A DNA stretch of 64,000 bases from a virus (Duplodnaviria > Heunggongvirae > Uroviricota > Caudoviricetes). A program made the position numbers and the translations under genes. The notes beneath the pieces are model-generated. The model was not told where the DNA came from. It searched no databases and saw only the letters and a program-made list of their open reading frames with translations. Location of the stretch: the IMG/VR virus record IMGVR_UViG_3300037307_000441; one strand, 5' to 3'. Below, in pieces: positions 27,787-37,953 of this stretch. Numbering within the stretch: the first letter of the stretch is position 1; the number at the start of each line of letters is the position of its first letter.

Positions 27787-28188
27787 ATGACAAAACATTT
27801 TTCAACATCATCATTCTTTGTCTTTTCAAAAGACTTGAATTATGGCGAGACACTTTTTGGAGGTAAACTTTTAGCCGAAATAGACTGTGAAGCTGCTAAA
27901 GTAGCAAGATCATTAGTTTATGATACCGGAGCAGATAATGCTGTTACTGCTTCTTTTGATAGAGTAGATTTTAAAGCTCCTGCTAAAAAAGGAGATTTAA
28001 TTGTTATGGAAGCAGATATTGTAGACGTAGGAAGAACATCTATTAAAATTGATGTTGGTGTATGGATTAAAAAAGGCCCTGATAAAAATGACTGGATTCT
28101 TATTTGCAATGCACATACAACATTTGTAGCATTGAAGGACGGAAGACCTTATCCGCACAAGAAAACAATGAAAGATATTAACATATAA
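27787..28188 (+). CDS. hotdog-fold acyl-CoA thioesterase (YciA/YbgC-like)
   Basis: GETLFGGKLLAEIDCEAAKVA...VTASFDRVDFKAPAKKGDL...VGRTSIKIDVGV pattern of acyl-CoA hydrolases. Confidence 0.65.
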   Translation: MTKHFSTSSFFVFSKDLNYGETLFGGKLLAEIDCEAAKVARSLVYDTGADNAVTASFDRVDFKAPAKKGDLIVMEADIVDVGRTSIKIDVGVWIKKGPDKNDWILICNAHTTFVALKDGRPYPHKKTMKDINI

Positions 28189-28199
28189 TAATTAGCAAT

Positions 28200-28502
28200 A
28201 TGAGACAAAGAACATACCCACAACTTTTTACATTTAATGAGAAGTATGGTGATAGATATATCATGGTACATTCACCCGAAGGTGAAGAAAAAATGTTTCT
28301 AAAAATTTTAAAAGAACGTAATCAAGAAGGATGGTATTATTGGATGAAAGATTATAAAGATGATAAAATCAAAAGTGATTGGAATAAAATTCAAAACGCA
28401 ATTCAGGAAAATGATGGTAAGTTGGCTCGTCATTTAATTGATGCTTTCAGAAATAATGAATATGAAGGTTATGAGAGAGTTGATTTTGAAAATATTATGT
28501 GA
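28200..28502 (+). CDS. hypothetical protein
   Basis: 100-aa ORF. Confidence 0.4.
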   Translation: MRQRTYPQLFTFNEKYGDRYIMVHSPEGEEKMFLKILKERNQEGWYYWMKDYKDDKIKSDWNKIQNAIQENDGKLARHLIDAFRNNEYEGYERVDFENIM

Positions 28503-28508
28503 GGGTTT

Positions 28509-28589
28509 GCCCCGATGGTGTAACGGTAGCCACGGTAGCCTTAGGAGCTACTATCTTCGGATGTGTCGGTTCGAATCCGACTTGGGGCA
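28509..28589 (+). tRNA. tRNA-Leu (anticodon TAG), type II
   Basis: GCCCCGA-TG-GTG TAACGGTAGC CAC-G-GTAGC CTTAGGA GCTAC-variable hairpin ATCTTCGGAT-GTCGG TTCGAAT CCGAC-TTGGGGC-A. Confidence 0.7.
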
Positions 28590-28604
28590 CAAAAAAAATA
28601 AACT

Positions 28605-29198
28605 ATGAAAGTATTAAATATAATAGGCCACCCTTCTAAAAAAAGTTTCAATCATGCCATTTATGAAACGATAAATGATTTCTGCTTTCGGAATAGAATT
28701 GAGGTAAAAAATATTGACTTATATAAAGATAATTTTGATCCGGTAATTCGTGAGGATGAATCTGAAAAAAATAAAAGTCTAATAGAAAAGTATAAAGAAA
28801 TGATTAAATGGAGTGATGTAATTGTAATAACATCACCTGTTTGGTGGTTTCGTTGTACTACGATGATTGAGGGTTTTTTTGATAAAGTTTTTGTACCAGG
28901 ATTCGCTTATAAATTTAAATCAATTACAAAGAAATACGGTTATCCTGTTCCTCTACTAAAAGATAAAAAGGTAATCACATTTTTAACACATGGTGCGCCA
29001 GCTCTTCCTGTTAAAACTATTTATGTAAACTCTGTTAAGTTAAGAATATTATTGGGTGTTTATTCATTCTGTTTTGGATGGTTTAAACAAAGTATTTATC
29101 AATTTTGGTCTGTGCCATTTATAGAACATAATGATAGAATTATGTATTTAGAAAAAGTTAAAATGATAATGTTAAACATTTATCAAAAAGTAAAATAA
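28605..29198 (+). CDS. flavodoxin-like NAD(P)H dehydrogenase (quinone)-like protein
   Basis: MKVLNIIGHPSKKSFNHAI...SDVIVITSPVWWF pattern of NQO/Flavodoxin_2 family. Confidence 0.6.
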   Translation: MKVLNIIGHPSKKSFNHAIYETINDFCFRNRIEVKNIDLYKDNFDPVIREDESEKNKSLIEKYKEMIKWSDVIVITSPVWWFRCTTMIEGFFDKVFVPGFAYKFKSITKKYGYPVPLLKDKKVITFLTHGAPALPVKTIYVNSVKLRILLGVYSFCFGWFKQSIYQFWSVPFIEHNDRIMYLEKVKMIMLNIYQKVK

Positions 29199-29803
29199 TG
29201 ACAAAAGTATTTCCACACGATTTTGAACCAGTTTATTCACGCTATAAGGAATTTAATGTCAGATTTGTTCCGAACGTAATAAACGACCGAGATATCGGAA
29301 ATTCGATAGTTATCGCCTATAAAAATTATAAATCAGCTATTACCGCCATACGGAGCACACCTACATGGCAGGGAAGAAAAAGTCTCGTATATCTTTCATA
29401 TGCAATAGTCAACCCATTTGATTCATTTAATTCATATCTACACGATACTATTTCTGTTATTAGATATGGGAAAAATACACTTGATAAGTTGTCATCCTTT
29501 TTTAATAGAGATATTAATCCATTTGATTTAAGTTCAGAAGTTTCATTTCTATTTAAATTAAAACAAGAAAATGGAATGACTTTTTTTGAAATTGATCAAG
29601 TTATAGAATCAAAACATAATAAAATTTATGATGAATTTCATCCAGGTAAAAATGATAAAGAAGTAATTGCAAAATTTTTACAAAACCGAGATAAACATAT
29701 AGAAATATTGGCATTACAATTATCCGATGATGAGTATAAACCTGAGGTAATGGAAACATACAAAAGTATAATAAGAGGTTATAAAATAGGTCAATTAATA
29801 TGA
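29198..29803 (+). CDS. hypothetical protein
   Basis: 201-aa ORF. Confidence 0.45.
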   Translation: MTKVFPHDFEPVYSRYKEFNVRFVPNVINDRDIGNSIVIAYKNYKSAITAIRSTPTWQGRKSLVYLSYAIVNPFDSFNSYLHDTISVIRYGKNTLDKLSSFFNRDINPFDLSSEVSFLFKLKQENGMTFFEIDQVIESKHNKIYDEFHPGKNDKEVIAKFLQNRDKHIEILALQLSDDEYKPEVMETYKSIIRGYKIGQLI

Positions 29804-30162
29804 AATATACAGTTAGATTATACAAAAGTAGTTGGAATGTAGCTTATTTATTCGAACCAAAAAAAGAAGTGATACATGAATCTGTTATTGAAATTGATGA
29901 AAGTCCTACAATTGGAAATATAAGAGATTTTTTTAAAAAGGAATTTGGATTCACAATTGATGATTATGGTTCAAGGGAGATTGAATTAGCGATAGAAGGT
30001 GTTTGTAGATTGAGTCCGATAAAAATGACTAATGAATCAAATATTGATAAAGACACATATCCAGAAAATAAAAATGTAATAAATATCTATTTGAGAGAAG
30101 AAGAATATAAAAATTGGAAATCTTTTAATAGAGATAGAAATATAAATAAAATAATAAATTAA
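29800..30162 (+). CDS. hypothetical protein
   Basis: 120-aa ORF. Confidence 0.4.
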   Translation: MKYTVRLYKSSWNVAYLFEPKKEVIHESVIEIDESPTIGNIRDFFKKEFGFTIDDYGSREIELAIEGVCRLSPIKMTNESNIDKDTYPENKNVINIYLREEEYKNWKSFNRDRNINKIIN

Positions 30163-30167
30163 AATAT

Positions 30168-31247
30168 ATGAAAAGTAAAAGTAAAAAATTTTTGAAGGAT
30201 TATTTAAATGCATATGCTCCTGTATCTCAGGAATTTGAGGGACAAAGGGTTTGGATAGATTACATAAAAGAATATGTAGACGAAATGCATCAAGATACTT
30301 ATGGCACTGTGTGGGGAGTTATTAAAGGAAAGTATAAGAAAGGTGATGTCCCATATAAAGTTGCTATCGAAGCCCACTGTGATGAAATATCATGGATAGT
30401 TTCACATATCTCTGACGATGGTAAACTGAGTGTTAATCGTTTTGGTGGTTCTGATGTTCAGATTGCACCTTCAAAAAAAGTGGTAGTTCATACTAGAAAA
30501 AATGGAAGAGTACCAGGTGTTTTCGGATGGACAGCAATTCATCTTAGGAGGGGGAAAGATACTACTCCAGAATTAAAAAATCTCTTTATTGATCTTGGAT
30601 ATGATAGTAAAGAAAAAGTTAAGAATTTGGGGATAGAAGTTGGTAATATTGTTACCTTCTCAGACGAATTCGAAATTATGGGTGATTACTATGTTGGTAA
30701 ATCAGTAGATAATAAAATAGGTGGATTTGTTATAGCTGAAGTTGCACGAAAAATAAAAGAGAATAACATTGAGCTTCCTTTTGATCTTTATATAATCAAT
30801 GCTGTACAAGAAGAAGTCGGACTACATGGTGCGAAAATGGTAGCCCAAAATATTAAACCTGATGTAGCACTTATTACTGATGTTTGTCATAACACAGACA
30901 CCCCAGGAATTGATAAAAAACAAGAGTGTGATATTAGGGGTGGTAAAGGTGCGGTATTTGAGCATACAGCACAAAATCATAGAATGTTATTAGAGTTAAT
31001 GAGAGAAGTCGCAGACAAAGAAGAGATTCCATATCAACTAGAAGTCGGCTCTTATGGAAATGATACTATGGGATTCTTCTTAGCAAATGGAGGTACTCCA
31101 ACCGCCATTATTGCTACACCATTAAAATACATGCATACAACCGTTGAAATGGCTCATAAGGATGATGTTAAATCTGTAATTGATATTTTTTATCATACTT
31201 TACAAAATATTAAAAATGGTCAAAAATTCACTTATCATGAACTTTAA
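30168..31247 (+). CDS. M42-family glutamyl aminopeptidase / FrvX-like peptidase
   Basis: AHCDEISWIVSHISDDGKLSVNRFGG, VGKSVDNKIG, GAKM, metal-binding D/E/H pattern and ~360-aa size typical of M42. Confidence 0.7.
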   Translation: MKSKSKKFLKDYLNAYAPVSQEFEGQRVWIDYIKEYVDEMHQDTYGTVWGVIKGKYKKGDVPYKVAIEAHCDEISWIVSHISDDGKLSVNRFGGSDVQIAPSKKVVVHTRKNGRVPGVFGWTAIHLRRGKDTTPELKNLFIDLGYDSKEKVKNLGIEVGNIVTFSDEFEIMGDYYVGKSVDNKIGGFVIAEVARKIKENNIELPFDLYIINAVQEEVGLHGAKMVAQNIKPDVALITDVCHNTDTPGIDKKQECDIRGGKGAVFEHTAQNHRMLLELMREVADKEEIPYQLEVGSYGNDTMGFFLANGGTPTAIIATPLKYMHTTVEMAHKDDVKSVIDIFYHTLQNIKNGQKFTYHEL

Positions 31248-31399
31248 TGGGACTTTTTTTATTCATATTACTAATGATATTTTGTATAGTAATACATTTG
31301 TGGACACACAGAAATATGGATGATCATATGTAGGATTTTTTATTGAAGTTTAAACTTTTTAATATTTCATTTATATAAATTGTATAAAACCCGTAACTA

Positions 31400-32011
31400 A
31401 TGAAAAAATTAATCCTTTCAGCAATTATCATGCTGACAGCATTTTTATCGAATGCTCAACAATCATGCCATAGTGATGTAAAACGAAACAATGGTAACAA
31501 CTGTACCACAGGTGGTACAGGAGGTGGAATTGAGATAGAGTTTTTAACTAAACCTAACGATCTTCTACAAATTGATTTAATCGAATCAGGATTAGGAGAA
31601 GCTACCGTATTACACAATACTAAAGTAGTAACCCAGAGATCTGGGAAATGGTATGTTAACTGGTGCTTTGAAACTGATAATCTTGGGCCAGTATCGCAAG
31701 GAAATGTCGCTATTACATTTTTTATCGACTCTGATTCAAATGGAACAATAAATGGAGATGAAAAACCATTCATATGTTCTCAAGTAATTCTCCCTATTAG
31801 ATTTAAAAGTATCTCTACACGAAGAATGGATGCTAATACAATTAGAGTAATTTTCGAATCCGAAGAAGATAATAGTATTAAACATTATAACATCCGAGTT
31901 AGCTTCGATGGAAGAATATGGAAAACTTACGATGTTGTTTTTCCTGGTGGAGTTCAAGGAAGCAAGCGTTATCAAGTTGATTTAAAAAATGTTACTAACA
32001 AAAATAAATAA
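31400..32011 (+). CDS. hypothetical secreted protein
   Basis: signal peptide MKKLILSAIIMLTAFLSNAQ. Confidence 0.45.
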   Translation: MKKLILSAIIMLTAFLSNAQQSCHSDVKRNNGNNCTTGGTGGGIEIEFLTKPNDLLQIDLIESGLGEATVLHNTKVVTQRSGKWYVNWCFETDNLGPVSQGNVAITFFIDSDSNGTINGDEKPFICSQVILPIRFKSISTRRMDANTIRVIFESEEDNSIKHYNIRVSFDGRIWKTYDVVFPGGVQGSKRYQVDLKNVTNKNK

Positions 32012-32019
32012 TTAAAAAT

Positions 32020-32181
32020 ATGAAAAAGATTTTAGCAATTATAGTTTTATCAGTGATTTTCACATCTTGCCAAAAAGAAAACATTGAATTATCTACAACA
32101 CAAGAAGAAGTTTATATTCAGGTAGAGGCAGTTCATGATGATGGAAGTAGTGTTTATTCTAACATTTCTATGGTTAGATAA
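32020..32181 (+). CDS. small lipoprotein (53 aa)
   Basis: MKKILAIIVLSVIFTSCQ; read manually; terminator follows. Confidence 0.3.
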   Translation: MKKILAIIVLSVIFTSCQKENIELSTTQEEVYIQVEAVHDDGSSVYSNISMVR

Positions 32182-32202
32182 CTATATGAATATCAAATAT
32201 TT

Positions 32203-32229
32203 AAGTCCCGAAAAATCGGGACTTTTTTT
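32203..32229 (+). terminator. rho-independent terminator
   Basis: AAGTCCCGA-AAAA-TCGGGACTT plus T-run. Confidence 0.55.
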
Positions 32230-32305
32230 ATTTGTATGAATCAAAAATTATTTGTATCTTTACATAAATTCCATTAAAAATAATAATTCATAAAAATTTA
32301 AACGT

Positions 32306-33367
32306 ATGCGTAAAATCGGCGTCTATTCTTATTCTTCGGGTGATATGGTAACTTGTAAGATTAAAAATTATCGTATCAGTGGTAGAATTTACTTTAATGA
32401 TAATTATGAAGCAAATAGATTTTGGATATGCCATGATAATCCAGAATGTGCTGGAGACCGTTCTCCTAATAGATTTGAATATGAATTTTCTTGGACATTC
32501 TATGTAGGAGAAAATGGAGACACACATGATGATGTTAGTGAATTAGCACCTGCAATATCAGGAATTTCTTTAAAGCAAGAAGTATCAATCGATGACAATC
32601 TTCGTTGTTTTATAAATATAGTTCCAAATTATAATTTACTTTCACTTTTCAATGCCAAACCTGGTATATTTGATGACTATGTAAATTATTATACATCAAA
32701 TGTAGAAGGAAATATTATCATAGAAACCAAACCTAGGGATATTTTCAAAGCTAAAAAAGTTGAGATTAAATTGTCTAGATTTATTAGGCAAATTACTAAT
32801 AAAATTGCAGACAAATCAACAAACTTTGTTAACTTATCTGATAAAGAAGTTGAAGATATTTACAATAAATTTGTTTCTTATCAAAATGGTAGTATTGCAC
32901 AAATAGAATATCTTGTGGGTGAGAATATAACAGAGGGATATAACTCCGATAATTACCTTATGGGTAATTCAACACTGCACAAATCTTGTATGAGCAATTT
33001 ATTCGAAGCTATGGGTATTTATACAAAAAATCCAGAGCAAGTAAAATTAGCAGTTATAAAATTCGATGGTAAAATAGGAGCTAGGTCTTTAGTTTGGAAA
33101 ACTATTGATGGTGGGGTTTATCATGATAGAATATATTATGCACAAGATTGGATGAAATCATTGATGCAATCAATTTTAAATAGAAATGGAATAACGCATA
33201 TTAAAAATGAAAATTTTAAAGTCGTTCAATTAAAGGAATGGAAATTCAAACAAAATCCATATATTGATAATTTCTATAATTTAGATGGAAAAACTGGTCA
33301 ATTGATATATATCGGTGGTGAATTAAAAACTCTTCGTGGAGCAGGACACATAATTAATTGGGATTAA
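32306..33367 (+). CDS. hypothetical protein sharing a domain with the 6484..8331 product
   Basis: see alignment under 6484..8331. Confidence 0.55.
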   Translation: MRKIGVYSYSSGDMVTCKIKNYRISGRIYFNDNYEANRFWICHDNPECAGDRSPNRFEYEFSWTFYVGENGDTHDDVSELAPAISGISLKQEVSIDDNLRCFINIVPNYNLLSLFNAKPGIFDDYVNYYTSNVEGNIIIETKPRDIFKAKKVEIKLSRFIRQITNKIADKSTNFVNLSDKEVEDIYNKFVSYQNGSIAQIEYLVGENITEGYNSDNYLMGNSTLHKSCMSNLFEAMGIYTKNPEQVKLAVIKFDGKIGARSLVWKTIDGGVYHDRIYYAQDWMKSLMQSILNRNGITHIKNENFKVVQLKEWKFKQNPYIDNFYNLDGKTGQLIYIGGELKTLRGAGHIINWD

Positions 33368-33371
33368 CTTT

Positions 33372-33800
33372 ATGGAAAAAATTATTTTTGTATTATCAAT
33401 TTTAGCGGTTCTTCAATTTTTGTCTAATTTAAAATTACTTTCTATTATATCATCATTAAAAAAGAAAATTTCTAAATTAGAAGAAGAAGTTGAAGAATTT
33501 GATGAAATTATACCCGGTGATAAGGTTACATTCAATACTGGCCTAACTTGGAAGGGCAGGGTTAGTTTTGATGTTACATATGAGGCATTAGTAACAGATG
33601 TTACAGAAAAGTCAGTTAAAGTCGATGCTTATGATGTGACATTCATAAGCGGGATACCATCAGAAGTATCTTCAACTCCCAACTATAAAAATTCTATTTT
33701 AGGTTTTATGACGGATAAGTGGGTAGATAGGAAAGAGGTATCACTAATTTTAGATAAGCAAATAATTAGAAATAAAAAGCTATCAAAAATACTAAATTAA
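33372..33800 (+). CDS. hypothetical protein with N-terminal TM helix
   Basis: 142-aa ORF. Confidence 0.45.
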   Translation: MEKIIFVLSILAVLQFLSNLKLLSIISSLKKKISKLEEEVEEFDEIIPGDKVTFNTGLTWKGRVSFDVTYEALVTDVTEKSVKVDAYDVTFISGIPSEVSSTPNYKNSILGFMTDKWVDRKEVSLILDKQIIRNKKLSKILN

Positions 33801-33929
33801 TGGATTAATATATAGAATATGGAAAGGAAAGAAGCAAAGGCATTTTTAATAGGTGTAATTTTGGGTGTCATCTTCACAATCCTGATGGTAATATTTAAAT
33901 TTTCTTAGGTAAAAAATATCTTAATTAAT

Positions 33930-34106
33930 ATGTCGAAGATTTATAAACATCAAAGTATTGGGAATCTGGTAGTAATTGTTGAGCAGAGTTTAGAATCAGC
34001 AAAAAATATCATCAGAGAATTATTGGATGAAATGGGGTTAACAAATGAAGAACTCAATGTAGAAGAAGTAAACAAACCACTCATTTTAGAAAATAATTAT
34101 CAATGA
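33930..34106 (+). CDS. small hypothetical protein (58 aa)
   Basis: read manually; stop overlaps ATG of rmlC (ATGA). Confidence 0.3.
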   Translation: MSKIYKHQSIGNLVVIVEQSLESAKNIIRELLDEMGLTNEELNVEEVNKPLILENNYQ

Positions 34107-34657
34107 AGATATTAAAAACAGATTTCGAAGGATTATTTATAATTGAACCGAACATCTTCTCGGATAAGAGGGGGTGTTTTTTTGAATCATATTCCGAAAA
34201 GGCATTTAGAGAAAATGGTATAATATACAATTGGATTCAAGATAATCAATCTGAGTCGTGTTACGGAACAATAAGAGGATTGCATTTTCAAAAAGGCGAA
34301 TGGGCTCAAGCTAAGCTAGTTAGGTGTGTGTATGGTAAAGTATTGGATGTTGCGGTTGATATAAGAGAAGGATCACCGACTTACGGAAAATATTTTTCAA
34401 TTGAACTCTCTGGTGAAAATAAAAAAATAGCTTTGATACCAAGAGGATTTGCACATGGATTCTCGACCTTATCCGACTACGCAATCTTTCAATATAAATG
34501 TGATAATTTTTATAACAAAGAATCCGAGGGTGGAATTCTATACAACGATAAAACATTAAATATCAACTGGAAGGTAGAATATCCTATTGTATCTGAAAAA
34601 GATAAATTAAATATGAGTTTCAACGACTATGATTTATTTTCAAGACATATTATTTAG
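34103..34657 (+). CDS. rfbC: dTDP-4-dehydrorhamnose 3,5-epimerase
   Basis: LKTDFEGLFIIEPNIFSDKRGCFFESY...GTIRGLHFQ...QAKLVRCVYGKVLDVAVDIR...SPTYGKYFSIELS...RGFAHGF canonical RmlC cupin motifs. Confidence 0.85.
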   Translation: MKILKTDFEGLFIIEPNIFSDKRGCFFESYSEKAFRENGIIYNWIQDNQSESCYGTIRGLHFQKGEWAQAKLVRCVYGKVLDVAVDIREGSPTYGKYFSIELSGENKKIALIPRGFAHGFSTLSDYAIFQYKCDNFYNKESEGGILYNDKTLNINWKVEYPIVSEKDKLNMSFNDYDLFSRHII

Positions 34658-34663
34658 TAATCA

Positions 34664-34960
34664 ATGAAATATTTTCCTATTCAAAAATCAAATTTTTATA
34701 AAGCATACAACAAACTAAAGGACTTAAAAAGCTACGCCTTAGATTGTTATGACTTTTCTACAGCTTCGTCATTGAGGGAAATGGAAAGGGATTTATTTTT
34801 AAAATTTGATGATTTTCATGAGAAGTGGGAATTTGATGATTCTAAAGAAATTTTTTTTGATTTAAAATCATTTGAAACCGAGATAAAAGAAATTACAGAA
34901 GCATCAACTTGCACTGCTTTTAGAAGATTTTATAATTTAAATAATTTGCTATATGAATAA
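34664..34960 (+). CDS. hypothetical protein
   Basis: 98-aa ORF. Confidence 0.4.
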   Translation: MKYFPIQKSNFYKAYNKLKDLKSYALDCYDFSTASSLREMERDLFLKFDDFHEKWEFDDSKEIFFDLKSFETEIKEITEASTCTAFRRFYNLNNLLYE

Positions 34961-35606
34961 GATAAAAGAAAAATTAGACAATTATTTAGAGTTTGATTCC
35001 TCTAAATTGTTTATTGACAAATTGGTTAGAGTATTTGGTGGTGCTATCAGGGATATTATCGCAGATATGCCTATTAATGATGTTGATATTTTGGTTGGTG
35101 CGAAAAGCCTTAAAATGATAGAATCGATTTTGATATCCAACGGATACATATATAGTGATTATTTATGTGGCAAAGATTTGAATCTCATCTATACTAATAT
35201 GAAGGTTATACATGAACCAAGAACTTTTATAAAAGGAAATAAAATAGTTCAACTCATACGACCAGCAATAAAAACAGACCATAGGTTTATGACATATACC
35301 ACATACGAAAAAGGATTTCAAGAACTTCTGTCGAATGTAGATTTAACTTGTTGTGGTGTGAGTTATGATGGTAGTAATCTTTATGAAAATACAGATGGCG
35401 GTATTCTATCTTGCTTAACTAAAACATTTCAAACAAATCTCGGAACTATGTATAATCATGATAGAATCATACATAGAAAAGTTAAATTACAAGATAGAGG
35501 CTGGAGGGAAATATACTCTACGTCTGATATTCGTGATATTAAAATCGAATCATTTTTATCAGAAAAAAATATTGAATATACAAAAGAATATGTTATATTA
35601 AATTAA
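34953..35606 (+). CDS. nucleotidyltransferase with poly(A) polymerase/CCA-adding head domain
   Basis: LVRVFGGAIRDIIADMPINDVDILVGA matches the class II tRNA-NTase head motif (vGGaVRDlLLg.p.kDiDi); short at 217 aa. Confidence 0.5.
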   Translation: MNKIKEKLDNYLEFDSSKLFIDKLVRVFGGAIRDIIADMPINDVDILVGAKSLKMIESILISNGYIYSDYLCGKDLNLIYTNMKVIHEPRTFIKGNKIVQLIRPAIKTDHRFMTYTTYEKGFQELLSNVDLTCCGVSYDGSNLYENTDGGILSCLTKTFQTNLGTMYNHDRIIHRKVKLQDRGWREIYSTSDIRDIKIESFLSEKNIEYTKEYVILN

Positions 35607-35616
35607 TATATAAGTA

Positions 35617-35805
35617 ATGAAAATGTTATTAGCTTTATTTTTCACTATTTCTTTATACTCTTGCTCAACAAAAAAATATATTCTCATAGGAGAAAAATAT
35701 GAATTAGGTTGTGATAAAGGATTCGTTACATACAAATATCTATATTCTGATACTTTAAAAAAAGGTGATACAATTACCATTATGAAAAAGATAAGAACTA
35801 AATGA
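35617..35805 (+). CDS. small lipoprotein
   Basis: MKMLLALFFTISLYSCS lipobox. Confidence 0.35.
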   Translation: MKMLLALFFTISLYSCSTKKYILIGEKYELGCDKGFVTYKYLYSDTLKKGDTITIMKKIRTK

Positions 35806-36305
35806 AAATATTAAAATTCAATGAAAAAAAATGGTGGGAATCAGATCCGTGGAAAATGGATTCAGAAGAGGTAATGGATTATCTAATAGAATTTATAGAT
35901 GATGATGAACAATTTGAAATTGAAACAAATGATTTAATCTATACACAAACCGAATTAGCACAAGCTTATAAAAGTCCAGGATATGTTCATCCTATATATG
36001 TTCAAAGTAAACCAATAGATAGATTTGAAAGTCCTGATGTTGACTTTGATGAAACTAAAGATGGTGTAACTTATCTACTAATTAAGCTTTACCACCCCAA
36101 GGGTAGAATTAAAGGAAATTTAGATTTAGATGGATATACAAGAAGTATGTTAAAACATTACTTTAAAAAATTTGTTAGAATGTCTGAAGTTCCAGTTAAT
36201 ATATTAATAAAAATTATTGATTCAAATTTATATAATGAACCACTTTCTCGATCAATAGTGAGAATCGAATTTTTAAATGAACTGGGTGGCGTAGGCCACA
36301 CTTAG
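35802..36305 (+). CDS. hypothetical protein
   Basis: 167-aa ORF. Confidence 0.45.
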   Translation: MKILKFNEKKWWESDPWKMDSEEVMDYLIEFIDDDEQFEIETNDLIYTQTELAQAYKSPGYVHPIYVQSKPIDRFESPDVDFDETKDGVTYLLIKLYHPKGRIKGNLDLDGYTRSMLKHYFKKFVRMSEVPVNILIKIIDSNLYNEPLSRSIVRIEFLNELGGVGHT

Positions 36306-36330
36306 GACCAGTATAGTTTCGGACTATAGA

Positions 36331-36366
36331 AAATGAGGGATTCGCTACCCCTCATTTTCATTTTTG
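36331..36366 (+). terminator. rho-independent terminator
   Basis: 10-bp stem AAAATGAGGG/CCCTCATTTT with 9-nt loop plus T-run; a second small hairpin TATAGT-TTCGG-ACTATA lies just upstream. Confidence 0.6.
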
Positions 36367-36386
36367 GCAATACCCAATTAAATTTG

Positions 36387-36394
36387 TATCTTTG
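36387..36394 (+). promoter_or_regulatory. -7 promoter box (TTTGTATCTTTGT)
   Basis: 17 nt upstream of ATG 36411. Confidence 0.45.
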
Positions 36395-36410
36395 TCGTTA
36401 AAACAGGAGT

Positions 36411-37013
36411 ATGCCATTCAATAGAAATAGACATCATAATACAAATTCTTTAAAAAATAAAGAATTAAACATAATCAGATCAATTGAATCTTCTATATAT
36501 AGTGATAATATTGAAGCTGTTATGCAGAAGTATCCGGGACTTCCCGCGAATACTGACCGAAACAAACTTTTTAAATTTGCTTTAACAAGTTTGGCGAATC
36601 AGTCTGCCCGATATTTATACAATAATTTAAAATTACCAGAGGGACCAAATATAACAGTGGTTGCTAACCCGATCAACCCTCAATTAGCATTTATTGTTTT
36701 AAAAGAATGTAAATTTGAAAAAATACAAGAATGTCATTCTTTAATAAATGAGTTAAATGGTGGTGAAATATTCATTGAAGCCGAATTGCCTATCATTAAA
36801 AAAGGTTTGATAAAAAGATTTATTAATCCTGAAAAGGTAGAAGCAAATAGAGAAAGGATATCATCATTATTCAATCATATTGAATCAGGATATTTTAATA
36901 TTGATAATGTTATTGAGGCTATTGAAGAAACTTATAAAAATAAAGAACACTTGAGACATTTGGTTGTCTCACCTTTTAGAGAATTCAAATTAAATAAATT
37001 ATTATATGAGTAA
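36411..37013 (+). CDS. hypothetical protein
   Basis: 200-aa ORF. Confidence 0.45.
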   Translation: MPFNRNRHHNTNSLKNKELNIIRSIESSIYSDNIEAVMQKYPGLPANTDRNKLFKFALTSLANQSARYLYNNLKLPEGPNITVVANPINPQLAFIVLKECKFEKIQECHSLINELNGGEIFIEAELPIIKKGLIKRFINPEKVEANRERISSLFNHIESGYFNIDNVIEAIEETYKNKEHLRHLVVSPFREFKLNKLLYE

Positions 37014-37203
37014 AAATTTGACCGAAAAACCCAATGTCAAAGATTATGAACTTGAAAAAATAGAGTTCGCAAAAATGCACGTTAGAGAAGCATTAAAAAG
37101 AGCGAGTCAATTAAAAACATATGGTATGATGGTGGTTCCTCTTTTTAGCGAATATCAAATAGAGGCAATACTTAACTGTTATCCTGATAATTTAATAAAA
37201 TAA
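37006..37203 (+). CDS. hypothetical small protein
   Basis: 65-aa ORF. Confidence 0.35.
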   Translation: MSKNLTEKPNVKDYELEKIEFAKMHVREALKRASQLKTYGMMVVPLFSEYQIEAILNCYPDNLIK

Positions 37204-37208
37204 TAATT

Positions 37209-37403
37209 ATGATATACATACAATCAAATTCTGAAAGAACAATGCCGCATCACTTTGACTGTGCAACAGCTTTGTATGGTGCAATAGATAATTGCCAAGA
37301 TTTTAGACTAACATCATTTGAAGAAGTCAATAGTGGTAAATTCGACCTACTAATCAAAAACAAATTATTTGTAGGATCGACCGAATTCAGGAGCAATGGA
37401 TGA
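37209..37403 (+). CDS. hypothetical small protein
   Basis: 64-aa ORF; 3' end overlaps a convergent ORF. Confidence 0.3.
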   Translation: MIYIQSNSERTMPHHFDCATALYGAIDNCQDFRLTSFEEVNSGKFDLLIKNKLFVGSTEFRSNG

Positions 37404-37571
37404 ATCGACCTTGGAATAGACAACTATACTGGTAGCAGGATGAATATCAGAATGTGCACCTTTTCTAAATAAATATTCAGGGAATTCTTTTTGTAATAAT
37501 TTCTCTAACTTATCAGCATCTTTAAATTCTTCCTTATTTTTCGTCGCTACTAACCACATATGATTTGCCAT
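37365..37571 (-). CDS. hypothetical small protein
   Basis: 68-aa ORF with protein-like composition. Confidence 0.3.
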   Translation of the reverse strand: MANHMWLVATKNKEEFKDADKLEKLLQKEFPEYLFRKGAHSDIHPATSIVVYSKVDSSIAPEFGRSYK

Positions 37572-37609
37572 ATACTATATATTATTTTTAGTATTTTATA
37601 TATAAAATT

Positions 37610-37948
37610 ATGAAAGAATATTTATTTGTCTATGGCGTATTTAGAGATGCTTCTAGGCCACTCTTAGGTGATTATGTTTACTGTGGCAGAGCTTCTGTAT
37701 ATGGAAGGATATATAGAGTCAATGAGTTTTATCCAGGATATGTTGAAACCACAGATGGTAACTTAGTAAACGGAGATATCTATTTAATAGATCCGATTGT
37801 TTTTCCGGAATTAGATGAATTTGAGGGGAATGAATATATTCGAAAGAAAATAAAAACAACTAATGATATAGAATGTTGGATATATGTTTACCAATATAAT
37901 ATCAGTCACTTTAAAGAAATAAAAAGTGGAGATTGGATGTTAAGATAA
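37610..37948 (+). CDS. gamma-glutamylcyclotransferase (GGCT/AIG2-like)
   Basis: YLFVYGVFRD...YPGYVE...NGDIYLIDP...LDEFEGNEYIRKKI...CWIYVY fits the GGCT pattern (YGTL..G, catalytic E in EG..Y). Confidence 0.75.
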   Translation: MKEYLFVYGVFRDASRPLLGDYVYCGRASVYGRIYRVNEFYPGYVETTDGNLVNGDIYLIDPIVFPELDEFEGNEYIRKKIKTTNDIECWIYVYQYNISHFKEIKSGDWMLR

Positions 37949-37953
37949 TTTCA

